This document shows, one piece after another, positions 41,026 to 54,705 of a DNA stretch of 64,000 nucleotides. The position numbers and the translations under genes were made by a program. The notes below the pieces were generated by a model that saw only the letters and a program-made list of their open reading frames with translations, was not told the DNA's origin and ran no database searches. Positions within the stretch are counted from its first letter, which is position 1; each line of letters begins with the position of its first letter. Source of the DNA: Tubiluchus corallicola (Eukaryota; Animalia; Priapulida); NCBI GenBank assembly GCA_030141605.1, contig JAQGDQ010000234.1:1-64000 (forward strand). The letters are read 5' to 3'.

Positions 41026-41566
41026 CTGAAAGAAATATTAGACATTAGATTATATTTATACATGATTTTTTGTCAGACTCTTAGGTATTGCACTTTTATC
41101 AGCAAATGCTTTTAAAAGTTATGCCACTTATTTTACACCTTACACAGTACAAAGTAGTACAAAAGCCTATTATTTCTTTTGGCACTTGTTAAATCTTAAA
41201 AATATATGATTTTGGGAACTTAATGTCAGTATTTGTAGTCCTATGCAAGTCAGTTGAGAATTAATCAGCTAAGATTCCTTTTGCAAAAAATAAAAGTGAA
41301 TTTAGGATAATATTAGAAAATTAATTTATAAATTTTAAAATGAACTTTTTCCTGCTTATATAAATAGCACATTCTGACAAGGTAAGCAACTGCAAGTATT
41401 CAGAGCATACATGCAAAATGCATTTATTACTGACACATTTACACACTGTTTGAATAAGATCATTAGTGGCAAAATAAAAAAAAATGTTCCAACAGTTATT
41501 TACTAGATTAAAGCAGTTCATGCAGATGCACAAACATCACTGAAATTAATCAACAAATTAACATAC

Positions 41567-41635
41567 CTCCAGTTCCTAACACTTTAAGTAACTCAAAGTC
41601 TTGCAACGTGACTTTCTTCTTGTCTTGAAAGTTGA
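41567..41635 (-). CDS. RPS6KA5: MSK exon 2
   Basis: aag|NFQDKKKVTLQDFELLKVLGTG|gtatgt. Confidence 0.92.
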
Positions 41636-41791
41636 CTTGAAGAAGAATGAACAATATTATTTAAGATCAAGAACATCAAATTAATCACACTATGAGAATT
41701 TTAATTAGCACCAACTATAGTATTATTATAAACAAGAAACGATTATTACAACACTGTTACACTTCCTAGTTTTAATGCAGGATTTCTGCGG

Positions 41792-42753
41792 CAGTGGTGT
41801 AACTAGAACATGTTGATGATCCCCTGCCCCTGCCCCCCACTGATGAATAAGTTTATGCAGAAAAATTTTAGATTTGTAAAATTTAACAGTGTTGTCTCAC
41901 TGTTGTGACGATAAGTTGTATAGATAAACTGATAAAATGATAAAGTTACACTGAAAAAATAAAAAATTGGTTTGTGAAGAAATAAATGCACCCTATAACT
42001 GAAAATTTACGACGCTCAAAGGCTTCTTCAAATGCTAACACAGAAAAGAGGGTAATAATGATAGTTGAGCACCATTCTGGAGTGACTTCTAAGGTGTCGT
42101 TGTGTTTAATGGAGAATTTTGAACATTGTAACAGTTGACTAGAGTCAAATCATCGTCAAAATAGTCCAAAGAATAAAGTTGAGAATTGAGATTAGTGTTC
42201 ATCAATTAGTTAACAGATCCACAAGTAATTATCCAAACAAAGATTATTTAAATTCACATTTTGACAGAAATATTCAAAAGCCTTAAATTACATTAGTGAG
42301 CTACGAAGCCACTGAATTACAATCATTTTTAGGTAGAAAGAACTAATTGCAATAAGATCAGTGTTATAGCAACCAATCACTAGTGATAAATACATTGTCA
42401 AAAAGCGTGCAGCTCAAACAGTGTGAAATTTTACATAAACAACGTGTGATAAGCATGCAGCTACAAACATTATCATAAATGTATTTCACAATTAACCCAA
42501 AACATGAACCAAACAGAAACTTTGAAAGGAAAACTATAAATACATTTACAAAGATTTAGATCATTAATTATCATCTTCCTTTGTCACAATGGGCAGGAGA
42601 CATCACAAGCTGCATTTTCTTGGAAAATTAAATTGCTAAGTGTTTTGCCTTTTATTATTCTGACAGAATACCATTTTTCAGTACACTTGACCAAACAGCA
42701 GCCCTCTGAAAAGTGCTGACCGGGGCAGACTATTCCCTTTAACTACACCACTG
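41792..42753. mobile_element. Non-autonomous hAT element
   Basis: TIRs CAGTGGTGTAAC ... AACTACACCACTG; 8-bp flanks TTCTGCGG / TTCTGCAA (6 of 8 match). Confidence 0.65.
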
Positions 42754-42797
42754 TTCTGCAACTTAGAAACTAGAAGGTATAAAAGTGTAATGCTCAC

Positions 42798-43124
42798 TAG
42801 TGGCGGGCGAATCGACTACTACTAATCCATTACTTGATGGCAAATCTTTGGTATCGATTATTTTGTTAAGTAATCGAAAACTTAATGATTTTTTTATTAA
42901 TGAATTTATAACAAATTGCAATGCAAAATGTGTTATCAAACACAAAACTTGTGTAACTATACCATCAGCAATACCAGTTAAGCATCAGCATGCACTAGGG
43001 CAAAAACTGTATTAGGCACCCCTGTTTTGAAACAGATACTGAGGGGCAATCTCAGTAATCGATTACTAACTGAAAGTAACCAGCAAAAACCATTACTTGA
43101 AATCAGTGGTATTGTCCACCACTA
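42798..43124. mobile_element. hAT MITE with perfect 8-bp target-site duplication
   Basis: ATGCTCAC|TAGTGGCGGGCGAA ... ATTGTCCACCACTA|ATGCTCAC; internal GTAATCG/CGATTAC repeats. Confidence 0.88.
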
Positions 43125-43348
43125 ATGCTCACACAAGAATTTTCTCTTCTACCACCCAAGCCTTATGAAATAATACCGTGCCTCGCAGATATAACTTCAT
43201 TTTGAAAATTTTTAAACATTGTTCAAAATTCGCTGGTCCAGTAACAAGTACTACTGTGTGCAAGTAGCAGTGTGCCTAATACTTACTAGTGATACCGAAT
43301 AACCTGTGTAGCGCATAGGACACATACAATTACAATACTATAACATAC

Positions 43349-43412
43349 CATTGCCAATCTCGTACGTAATCGTACTTGTCCCATCGTGAACTGTTGCTTG
43401 TTCACAGTCCAT
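43349..43412 (-). CDS. RPS6KA5: MSK exon 1
   Basis: ATG; MDCEQATVHDGTSTITYEIGN G|gtatgt; phase 1 fits exon 2; CpG-rich promoter immediately upstream. Confidence 0.8.
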
Positions 43413-43499
43413 GACTTAAAATGTCAAACCGCATAGCTTTAAACATATAATTCTCAAAATGGAAACATCTTGAAAGTAAACTTAATAATCATGTTCTCG

Positions 43500-43745
43500 G
43501 TAATCAATCCAGGCTCTGAGTCCGTGTGTCGACTAGTACGTGGCGGCACCTTTCGTCAAGTAAAAGTTATTTTTTCTGCAACCGGCAGCTGAGCGGCGTA
43601 AAACGTAACCCGTGTCCAGGCTTCTACTGAAATTGACCCTAGAATTCTGGCTTCTGGGATTTATTAACCGATTTCGATGACTGACGTCTGGTTAGTCAAC
43701 ACTAACGATACCATTGGCTGGGTTTTAGCATAACGTCAGTCCACT
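43500..43745 (-). promoter_or_regulatory. Probable MSK promoter region
   Basis: CpG-rich segment directly upstream of exon 1 with CRE-like TGACGTCT/TAACGTCA and a CCAAT box on the minus strand; inference. Confidence 0.45.
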
Positions 43746-44379
43746 AATAGAGGCATAAAAAATTAAGCACAAATATCGCAAAAATGTTGGACAACACATT
43801 TGAATACAAAAAGAATATGCCTGAAGTTAATCTTAGTTTATATTAGCACATTTAACTATTAAATAAAACTAAATATGAACTTGCCCATACATCTACCAAG
43901 AGGATAGATATTTTAGCTTGGTGCACAACGGAGGACTGCACTTTAATATAGATTATGGCAATCGAAAAAATACTATAATAGGGTAGAGGAGATGGGATAC
44001 TTAAGTTTTATAATGTCTGTATACAGCCAGCATTAATAAATTAACTCTACATCAATGTATCAAAAGTCCTGCTTTTGTATGTTATTGGAAAAAGTTCCAC
44101 TCATATCGCACCATAGTTGGATAGTCTGAGGGAAATGTCGAGTAGGAGACCAAAGCAAAAACATTAAACTTAAATACTAATATTTTCCATTTGAGATTTC
44201 AAAAAACCGAATATACATATTGAATATGAACTGGAAATTTATATTCCACATAGACGAAATTTCAACTTTGTCACCACTCCAAGGCGTTATGCATTTTTTA
44301 GTAAAATCTTTGTCAATATAATTATGCGGAAGAAAACAACGTTATGCACAAACTTGTTAACTAATTAACTATAATTACT

Positions 44380-44705
44380 CACTCACCTGGCTAACTATTT
44401 GACTGAATGACTAACTGATCTGCTCGAAAAACAAAATGTACGTAAACGAACGAATGAGTGTACAATGAACACATGCACGCACGCACATACTGACTGACTG
44501 TCTCTTTGAGTGACTGACTGACTAACTAACTAACTATGTAACTAGCTATGATTTAGTTACTTGTTGGTTTGTTAGTAAGTTTGCAAACTAGTTAACTAGT
44601 AAAGCTGGTCAGTTAGTCACTCATTTAGTTTTGGCGAGTTTGACGGGATTGGCGGTTGGCATGTTTAGCGATTTGGCAGGTTTGGCGGTTGGTATGTTTG
44701 GTAGT
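44380..44705. repeat. Degenerate (CTAA/CTGA)n and (TTGGCGG)-like low-complexity tract
   Basis: Seen directly. Confidence 0.65.
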
Positions 44706-45256
44706 GGTGCAGTGCTGAGAGGGCGAAGCATTTAGTGAAAGTCTTTGTGAAACTCCTGTTAGCCCATTATAGGTGTGCCACGTGGTATGTTAGCACATTA
44801 AAAGTTTTCGGACATTTTGTGATGCTGTTACATGGAATATCTCTCCTAGCTTTGGTGTACCTGAACAAAACACTTTTAGGGATTTTGCATTGTTCTTCTG
44901 TATTCTTAAAGGGCCGTCTGAACAGCATTATAGGCCCCGGGGCCACTTTACCTACACAACCACACACAGAAATAAAAAAGTAAACGGTGGACAAAATTAA
45001 ACATAACTATATTTATTGTATCGGTACTTCCAGTATACTATAGCATAGTATTATTTATTGACAGCAAGTCACAACATACATAGATTAGCATGGGACCCCT
45101 ATGCCCAGTCTAAATTTTTTGTCGGCATCCTTGTCCACTGCCTGACACCATGTAACTTTTAATGCATCTAAAGCTTTTGTGCGAAAAGAAATAATTATTT
45201 TCTTGGGCACAAATGTGTAAAAATGAAAACAAAGTTCTATTTATAGTATAAATTAT

Positions 45257-45396
45257 TTAAGACAAGTTCAGACAGTTTTCTCTCGAGAATTCTGTCTGAG
45301 AGTAAATTCGCAAATGTAAACGATTTGTGAGTTCTATCACCTATTCATTGCGAAAACTCTCAGAGAGAAAAACTCTCAAATCTGAACGCGACGTTA
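45257..45396. mobile_element. Small palindromic MITE (Harbinger-like)
   Basis: GTTCAGA...TTTTCTCTCGAGA versus TCTCAGAGAGAAAA...TCTGAAC inverted similarity. Confidence 0.35.
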
Positions 45397-45963
45397 GTGT
45401 GTAAAAACGTTGCTTTCGCAAGAGATGCCACATGCATCATTTAATTGATCTAGTTAGTCGTTCTCGAGTTGACAGCTAGTATAAGCAACTAATGAACTAA
45501 ACAACACATTCTAGGTCGGTGTCTTCTAAAACACAGAAAGGCGTTTAATAAATACAACGTTGTGATAACTGAATTGCTACACTACAGTTGTACTAAAGCA
45601 AAGTTTAGGAATCAATAGATTTTGGTGGCGCACGTTTCTATTATTTACTGTTTTTGTGATGCACTATATATTTTTGAAATAAAACGTTATAAAATTTAAA
45701 GAAAATGCTAATGTAAACTTGCAGTGTCTTTTTCTGCTTTGTTAATTTTAAAAGATATATATAAAATACTGAATTAAGTTGAAAAATCAGAAAGTGCATA
45801 GTCAGTTGATGATTTTAATTGTTATAATTATCAGATTTTATTGCATATGCTTGCTTTAGTTAAGCGATGGTGCTTAAAAATGTTGTGAGAGTTAGGAAAT
45901 TATAGTGTATCATTAAAAATTTAATTTAATTTAATAAGCAAAAATAAAAATTAAATTTCCTTG

Positions 45964-46030
45964 GTGCCGAAATGCCTCGAGCCAAGTGTCTCTCTGCCCA
46001 AATGTCCTGTGCCCAAATGTGTCGTACCCG
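45964..46030. repeat. ~15-bp tandem array TGCCSAAATGTCC (transposon subterminal-type)
   Basis: Four degenerate copies seen directly. Confidence 0.6.
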
Positions 46031-48977
46031 CGACATTTCTGTATTACCGAGTCATTTTTATCAAACAGAGTTTAACACTGTTCAAAAAGCACAGAAAGAA
46101 GATATTTGCTCAAGATTGAAAAACTACTAACGCTACTAATGTTAGCAGACAGAACATGCATCAAGTTGGTTTATAAAATTATAATGAACTGTATAAGAAT
46201 TATTGCTGGCACGTAGTCGAGACTTCAATAACTTTTTCTTTTATTCTGTAACTATTGCCACATTGTTCCTGTTCATCCCATCTTATGGTAGTTTTTGTCT
46301 GTTATTAAGCACAGTTTTGTTTCCGTTCACACTGTTTATGGTGTGCTAACACAAAATGTTTCCAAGGCAGGTACGTCAATTGATTACGGCTGTCAATATA
46401 AGAAAAATTTGCAATTGTAATTGTAAATCAGAATTTGTACATTGAAGTACCAGGTGTCTGAGAAACTCAGAAACAATGCAACTAGTTTTTTTTGCAAAAA
46501 ATGTTGTCGCAGCTTTTATTCGAATCAGTTTTTGATAAGAGCGCCTGTTACAGCAATTGTATTAACTAGGTCACAATGCATTAGTAACTTAGCTGGCGTA
46601 ACAAGTAACAAAACAAGTAGCAAGTAACAAGAAATAACTCAAAATCAATAATGAGTCAGGGACTATAGTCACTATAGCGAGTACTATCTTAGCACACCCA
46701 CCCCTTCCCCATAACCAGTTTAAAAGCTACATATCTACCGGCAGCTAAAGTTCGTGAAGTGTTAGGTTTCGTTAGTGTTAGGATTACGGCTATGGTGCGT
46801 TAGTTCATTTAGGGTTAGGGTGCTTAAATTGTGTGAGGAATAGTTAACTCTTTCCCTGCCGGCATATAATGAAATGGCATTCGCGTAAACACTTTACCTT
46901 TGGATTATGTACTTTGATTATTTAAACTCAAATAAAAATGAATAAATTTATTTATTTACTTATTTATTTGAGTTTTAGAGCCTTCTGGATCTGGATCAAG
47001 TATCATTTACTTGGTGAGCTGGGTTCAGCTGCTTTAAGGTACAGAGGGACAACAGTCATAAACTTCAGGTAATAATGAAAAAGGCCAAATCGTTTGTTGT
47101 TGTTGTTGTTCTTATTGTTGTTCAGCATTCCATCAGAAAATTCTCCATTAATTGTAGGTCTACATTCATTTTGCCAGATTTTAGTTAATGTATTTGGTGG
47201 TAAAACGTAGGTTATAAGCTACTGGTAAGCTGGTAAGCTCTTTGTGGTAAATAAGCTATTTGAAATAATAAAAACGTTTAACCTAATGTCAGCTACCCTT
47301 CTTAATGGTTTGCGTAACTGTGAAACGACGCGCGATGGGACCGTGTAGTCACAGAGTAGACAAGGTTCTGAAAGGGGATAGTTTTCCATATTTATACAGA
47401 AAGAAAAATATTTTCGTATATATTAAACAAAATATACACAAATTCTTAAAAAAGTATAAGATCACTTCTTAAGTTTCTATATTGTGGATTAGTTTAGTAT
47501 TAGTTTAGTTTAAATATAGTTTATTTGGTTCAGATTAGACTGTCCAGTCCAGATACGCGGTATATCTTTGGGCCTACTACAGGAATTTATAGAAGGGGAG
47601 CACTCATACACGTACTGTATAAGCTAATGCAGTTTGCACTCCCGTACCTCGTAAACAAGGGTTCGCCATGTACAATTAAAAGTAAAGTTTTGTTCCCATG
47701 TTTTAGTAAACGTAGCACTTACTTATAAGTACATTGTAATTACAATAGAATAAATCACAAAATTATTTGAAATTGCAACTTATAAAATCATCGCCATTTA
47801 ACCTCTCTTGCCCAGTTCTGCTGCAATTAAAAGTTTTCAGCTGACATAGGGCAGAGAAAGTTCTTTCTGGTATGCTACACTGGAAAGACGACACTAATGG
47901 TCAACAGTGAATATAATATAGGAAACTTTTTTGTCACATCCTTTCAAAAGCTCTCATGAAGGAAGCATATAAATAGTATTTTAAAAGCTCAACCACTAAA
48001 AAAAGCTTTGAAAGATAAAATACAAAAAATAAAAATGCTAGCACATTAAAACAAATGTTGTTTATTCGTTAATTCTCCATCGGACAATCAGGAATGATAC
48101 AAAACGTGCATAATTTTTTTAAATTCAATGCAAGGGGGAGCCCAGGCCCCATGACCCCCCCTCCCCCGGCTACCTGCCTGGCCTACCATACTTATACGTA
48201 TGTAACTTATATATTCTAGTCCATGCAAGTGCTGTGCATTTTTATATCACTATCTTTAGACCTTCCTGTTCAAAAACACAAAATCAGGCTTCTCATTTGT
48301 TGATTGGTATCTCGATTATAATCGTGTTTTTAATTATTTGCGATGCTTGTAAGCACGTTCTGTTAACTGTTAAGTTTGCTTTGTTAAAGAAAAGTGCAGA
48401 GTTCCGAAACTGCCTTTACTATAGTGGTATACATTTTATACCATGTTTGTGATCCGTGTACCCTCGGCCTGTCATTGAAGAGGCAGCCTCTGAGGTTTCG
48501 CCCATTATTAAACGTGGCATGACTTCTTAGCATGACTTATTTTACATCTCTCTGGCCAACGATATAAAAGGGAATATAGACAACAAATAGATGTTGTAGA
48601 AAATGTATTGCAGATATTTCATTCGTAGAGTAATCTGCCATTATAATTTAGGAACAAGGAATTGCTTGCAATTGATAGATTGAACTACATGTATATAGAA
48701 TTTACAAGCCCATGGTCCATGCAACTGTGTAGAATTGTGTAGAGTTTTAGCTGTGCTCCACGTTGACGTCTGCAAGGGCATCATTTTAAATTTTTCATTT
48801 ACTACTCTAGAATGAATAGCCAGGAAGAATAGCCTACCATACCATAATTATTTCAAGCGTTCTTTGATGCAAAGTTTGTTTGTTGTTTTGTAAAACTACT
48901 ACTAATTGTTGTATTATGTGATAGCTAAATGTTTTTATTTTGTGTGTTACGTTACTATGTGGGCCTGAAGACTTTTA

Positions 48978-49903
48978 AGCCCCATTTGCAAGGAAAATGT
49001 CCGATTTTTTGCGACAATCCACGCAGTAAAAAAGTTCATTTCACACAGGAACCGCGAAGTTTTTTTACGCGGGTCCAGCTCGCGAACTTGGGATAGTGAG
49101 GATGAAGTGATGTTTTTGCCGAGTGCTTATTGACAACATCGTTACTGAGTGCACCGAATTAACAAAACAAGACAGTTGCGTTACATGGCCAGTTAAGAGA
49201 CGATCAGGAAAAATTCTGTACAGTTATATTAGAATGACTCTGGACACTTTCGATGAATTAGCTTTTGCTGCAGGACTTGATAACAAAAAAAATGTAAACT
49301 TCAGAGACTGCGCTGCATGTAACTTGATATTTTATATAATCGCATGTAAATTATGTTACAGCTGCTGCACTTGTCATATGCAAAGTACAATTAATAAAAA
49401 ATTAATAATTTTAGTCAATGTAATGTCTGACCTGTTTGTTTTTAGTAACTACATGTAGTAACCACTTCGAACTTAGCAATATATGTGAATAAAATAAATA
49501 TATGCGTGCGTTAGTTTTATATTTCGGGAATACAACCATTGCTGTAAGTGTTGCGTAATAAAACAAAAAGTAGTTTGTATGATAAAAAATAGATTATAAA
49601 TAATGTTAATTGTTCGTTAAACAAGAAAGAAGTAACTGAGCAGTTAAATTTTAATGTGAATTCTGCTAGAAATCCTCACGAAAATGAAACACGCACTATT
49701 TCTACCAAGTATTAATTTTCCGCATGAGGAGGATGCATAGTTTCTAGCTGACGGCAGAATTTCTCACGAGAAATTCCCAAAGAAAAATGCGACATCTGTG
49801 CGAAATGCGCCATAGAAAACAACGTATTTAATTTTTATGGTTAAGTGTCAACGAATTTTTTCTCGAGAGATTTTGCCGTGCGTCCACATTGTGAATTGGG
49901 TCT
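48978..49903 (+). mobile_element. Deleted PIF/Harbinger element with transposase N-terminal remnant
   Basis: Frameshifted LHGQLRDDQEKF / YSYIRMTLDTFDEL near 49180-49260 resembles the F..YFRM..TF..L motif of Harbinger transposases. Imperfect TIRs AGCCCCATTTGCAA / TTGTGAATTGGGTCT. Confidence 0.55.
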
Positions 49904-51759
49904 ATAATTTTGTCGTTTTGCATATGAGCCTACATTTTTGTTATTGTAGTGTGTTTTTCAAGAAATGTTAACAAACGCCGTCCCTAGAAATAGTATTTTG
50001 TAAATATTTGTAAATCTCAAAAAATAAGGACACACTCACTCAGACCGAGAAATAAATGGCCTATACGAGTTTAGGATTTGCAAGGTGTAAAAGGCTCCAC
50101 GGTTGCACAAAATAAGCGTTCTGCTGCACAGAACCCTAGCATTGTTGTTGCGACATTAATTTCTGCTTATTCCTTCGTAAAGAAGGCACGGCATGGAACG
50201 TTCGTGTGTTATTGATCATTTGTGCGCAAATTTTAATAGTTATTCAGCTTTAGGTCATATCATAAAATTTCAAAGTTAATTTCAAAAAAAGTCAGGCGTG
50301 CGCGAAATGCTTGTGCAGGGCTTGCTGTGAATACCAATATTATTATTGTTCAGTATTATTATTTGATTTAAAAATTAAGTGGTTACGCCCGTATCTCAAT
50401 GACGCACAGACAACGTTGCTGGGTGCATGTTTTGCTTTGAACTGAAGAGCTACTCTCACAAATCTGGCATTTTATTCAGGTACTTCTTATGTAACGTCTC
50501 CACGTTTGACCTTGCCAAATTAGAAAAGCGTACAAGTATCGCGCAGTGCCGTACGCACACGCATCCAGAATTTGCGTCAAATGACTTAATGGATGGAACG
50601 ATTGAATAATTGACTGATTGTATAAGTAGATTAATGTGGTGTGCAATGTATGTGGCAAAAATTTCGTGTATGTACCATGGCGATATTTCGGGAAGTCACT
50701 TAAGAATATATCTCTACAGCTACACCATTCTCCCCCTGAGCCTTTCTCTGCCCTCTCCCTCTGCCGCCCCCCTCTCTCTCTTTCGCTCTCCTATTTTCTT
50801 TATCTTATATAGTGTTTACTTGTGCTGCCTTGGCTTTAATGACTGTAAGCGCAACAATGTATGAAGAAAAAGAAAAAAGATAAAATTAATAACAAATAAC
50901 AAAAAGCAAAGAAAGAAGGAGAAATGGAGGAATGGCAGCAAGAAGAAGGAATGAAATAAAGAGAGAAAACAAAAATTAAAAAAAGGCTAGAGAGGGAAAA
51001 TGACAACAAAAAGAGGAATTTTTGATTCAGGCAATATTATGGCTTCCGGGTTCTTCAAGTGTAAACTGATAATATATTACAAAATCGTTTTATAGATTTC
51101 ACAGAAAAACCATCAAATAAATGAGATAAACTACTTCAATCCACAAAAATAACCATTACTGGTTTAAGCCTATGTACAACTTATAAGCATTACATATAGT
51201 AGCGCAATAAAATGTTTAATAACACCGAGAGTTTTTCGCTATTTTTGTTTTTATACTGATTCATTTTTGTAATTATACATAATTGCACGCTGTAAATTTG
51301 ACCTTGCCAGTAACATCAGCGAATTAAGGTACATGTTTGCCGTGGTGGAACTCACCTTGAACACTCTGATTGTTGTTAAAGTCTAATAGATGAAGCGGTA
51401 CTGAGCCATCATGTACAACAACAGCCAGAAGGCATTTTCACTGTTGAGGGGTTTATCCTTATAAAGACATAATTGTAGCATTGTGACTAAAGCGTTTATC
51501 TGTAAATATCTCAGGAGTTTGTTTGGTTTTTTTAAAAAAACGTTTTCAATGTAAATGCCCATTTCCAGTTATTATTGAACATGTAGACTAGAAATAGGCA
51601 TGTTTTTTGTACTTTTTATAAAAAAAGACTTTCTTTCTGTGATGCTAGCCTTCCGATTTCTCTTATGTCAGAACTCAGAAACTTTTGGCATTTTTCTTCA
51701 GCCATAAACTGAATAATTAATTATTAAATGTTGGGGTAAGACAGCGTATACTTGGTTAG

Positions 51760-51816
51760 GACGTTAAGCAACGCCGAGCCTGATTAGTAAACAATGGATG
51801 ACTAACAACTAGGAAC
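51760..51816 (+). mobile_element. 5S rRNA-derived fragment
   Basis: GTTAAGCAACGCCGAGCCTGATTAGTAAACAATGGATG resembles the 5S internal promoter. Confidence 0.45.
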
Positions 51817-52669
51817 CCTTCAGGGCAGTTTTCACATCCCATATTACTAGCGGTTCTTTTTCTCGTTGAACGAATATGCATTTGTAATTTTGTATGTTTG
51901 TAGGCTAAGATACCTCCAGCTAGTTCAATGCGTCATCTAAACTAGATATCTTTGTAAATATGAAATAGGTTTGGTAATGTTAAAAATTTCAATCATTGGA
52001 TGTAGTTTCTGCCAGCAGTCCACCTTGGAGTTTCTCTATAGTTTTACTTTTTTTAATAATTTTGCTGCTGTTATCATGTGCCCAGTAAATACAACCAGCA
52101 CCTTATTATATGCATGTTTAATACATTATAATGGAAAAATCTTGTATTATGGAGAAAATAGAAACTCTAAGGTATTGTAACGCTTAGAACTCGTTTACAT
52201 CACGACCGGTTTTCATTTGCAAATATGAAGCAAAAATGATACGCAGAAATCAAATAATTGTAATTATTTCCATTATAGAAGTTTTGTTAAAACGTAATAA
52301 TTTAGTTTGCAGTGGGATCTAGAATTTAGACTTCATGTTTTTTTAAATTCAAACTATATCGATGCGTTCATACGCCGAGCTAATTTTATTGACTTCTTAG
52401 TGTAGATGACTCATATTAGGGACATAAGTATTGCATTTTCATTGTGAACCATCGGTAGCTAATTAAATCTGAGGCAACTTTCTCAGAAACTACCCGGTTA
52501 GCTGTATACACAACCAGCGATGTGATATTTGTATGCTGCCTGTCGAATACCGCTGGCAGTAAATCCGGTAACCGGCTGTTTACTTTACTTCTACCATCAT
52601 GACTAAGCTCACATCTTTCCACCTCCGCTGTATTTTCTCAAATGATCATTGCAGCCCCAGCAAGCAGCT

Positions 52670-52710
52670 TTATATACCTCTGCTAAATATAGTAACGAGC
52701 GCTGATTGGC
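52670..52710 (+). promoter_or_regulatory. KLF proximal promoter module: AT-rich box + MEF2 site + inverted CCAAT
   Basis: TTATATACC (52670-52678), CTAAATATAG (52683-52692, fits MEF2 consensus YTA(W)4TAR) and GATTGG (~52704), about 180 nt upstream of the ATG. Confidence 0.7.
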
Positions 52711-52861
52711 TGGCGGCCCGCTGCAGTGGTATAGTACCAGATTGATAGTAATAACGTTTCATAGCTGTACACAGTGTGAACCGAGAAAGTTCATTAAAAT
52801 TGAATTAAGTTAATAGTATCAAGGAAGAAAAGTAGCAAAAGCAGGAGAAATTAAGTCTGGA

Positions 52862-52942
52862 ATGACAGCAGTTGACGTGATGTTAGGGTCGGTGCAGGGC
52901 GGTTTCCTGGACCAACTAAAAGCAGAAGAAAAAATGCAAGAG
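52862..52942 (+). CDS. KLF1/2/4: KLF1/2/4-group exon 1 (not in ORF track)
   Basis: ATG; MTAVDVMLGSVQGGFLDQLKAEEKMQE|gtttgt; phase 0, joins the acceptor at 53635 in frame. Confidence 0.8.
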
Positions 52943-53613
52943 GTTTGTCAGATTTTTTGTTGATTTATTCGTTTTAATCTCTATCAGTGTTTCGTTTTAA
53001 TCAATTCAGTAATAATAACTTTAATTATAAATGGTGCTTTTATTGTATTGTTAGGCTAGAATGTATTAGTAGGGTAAGTTAATAGCAGGCTTAAATAAAT
53101 AGTAGGTTATGTGGTTTAATATTTGTCAGCAGTACTTTTGCAAGAAACCAATCTTTTTGCCAGTATAAAATGCTAATAAACCTAGTATAGCATTAGCGAT
53201 ATAATTACTATGTAGTAGCAATATAATTATTTTACCAATCATTAACATGTGGATTAGCCTGCTGGGCATTAAAACATTCCTTAATGTGTGATATTCACGT
53301 AACAACTTTTAGTGACACTTTTTGTTTTTTGAAACTGTATTTGACATAAATTATGAGATGATCGGCGTAAATCGGCAATTTTCCAATTTCCTATAGGCCT
53401 ACTATGATCTACGATTTTTCGTTATTTTAAATTAGGTCGCATTAATTGCTCTCGCGCAACCTGTTTTTACCCAGCGAGCGCTACACAAGACTTGCTGCTG
53501 CTCTGCTTATGATGTAGCTACCGCATTTCAGCTTCCAGCAGCCTTGAGAACTTTCCGGTAATTATGGGTGCTAGGCTGCTGGCACAGTGCATTCGTTATA
53601 CAGCGTAAACTAA

Positions 53614-54705
<1,092 letters not shown>

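Noticed and set aside
46750-46825. Telomere-like TTAGGG repeats
   Set aside because: Only about two exact units in degenerate context; typical of transposon-internal repeats, not an interstitial telomere.
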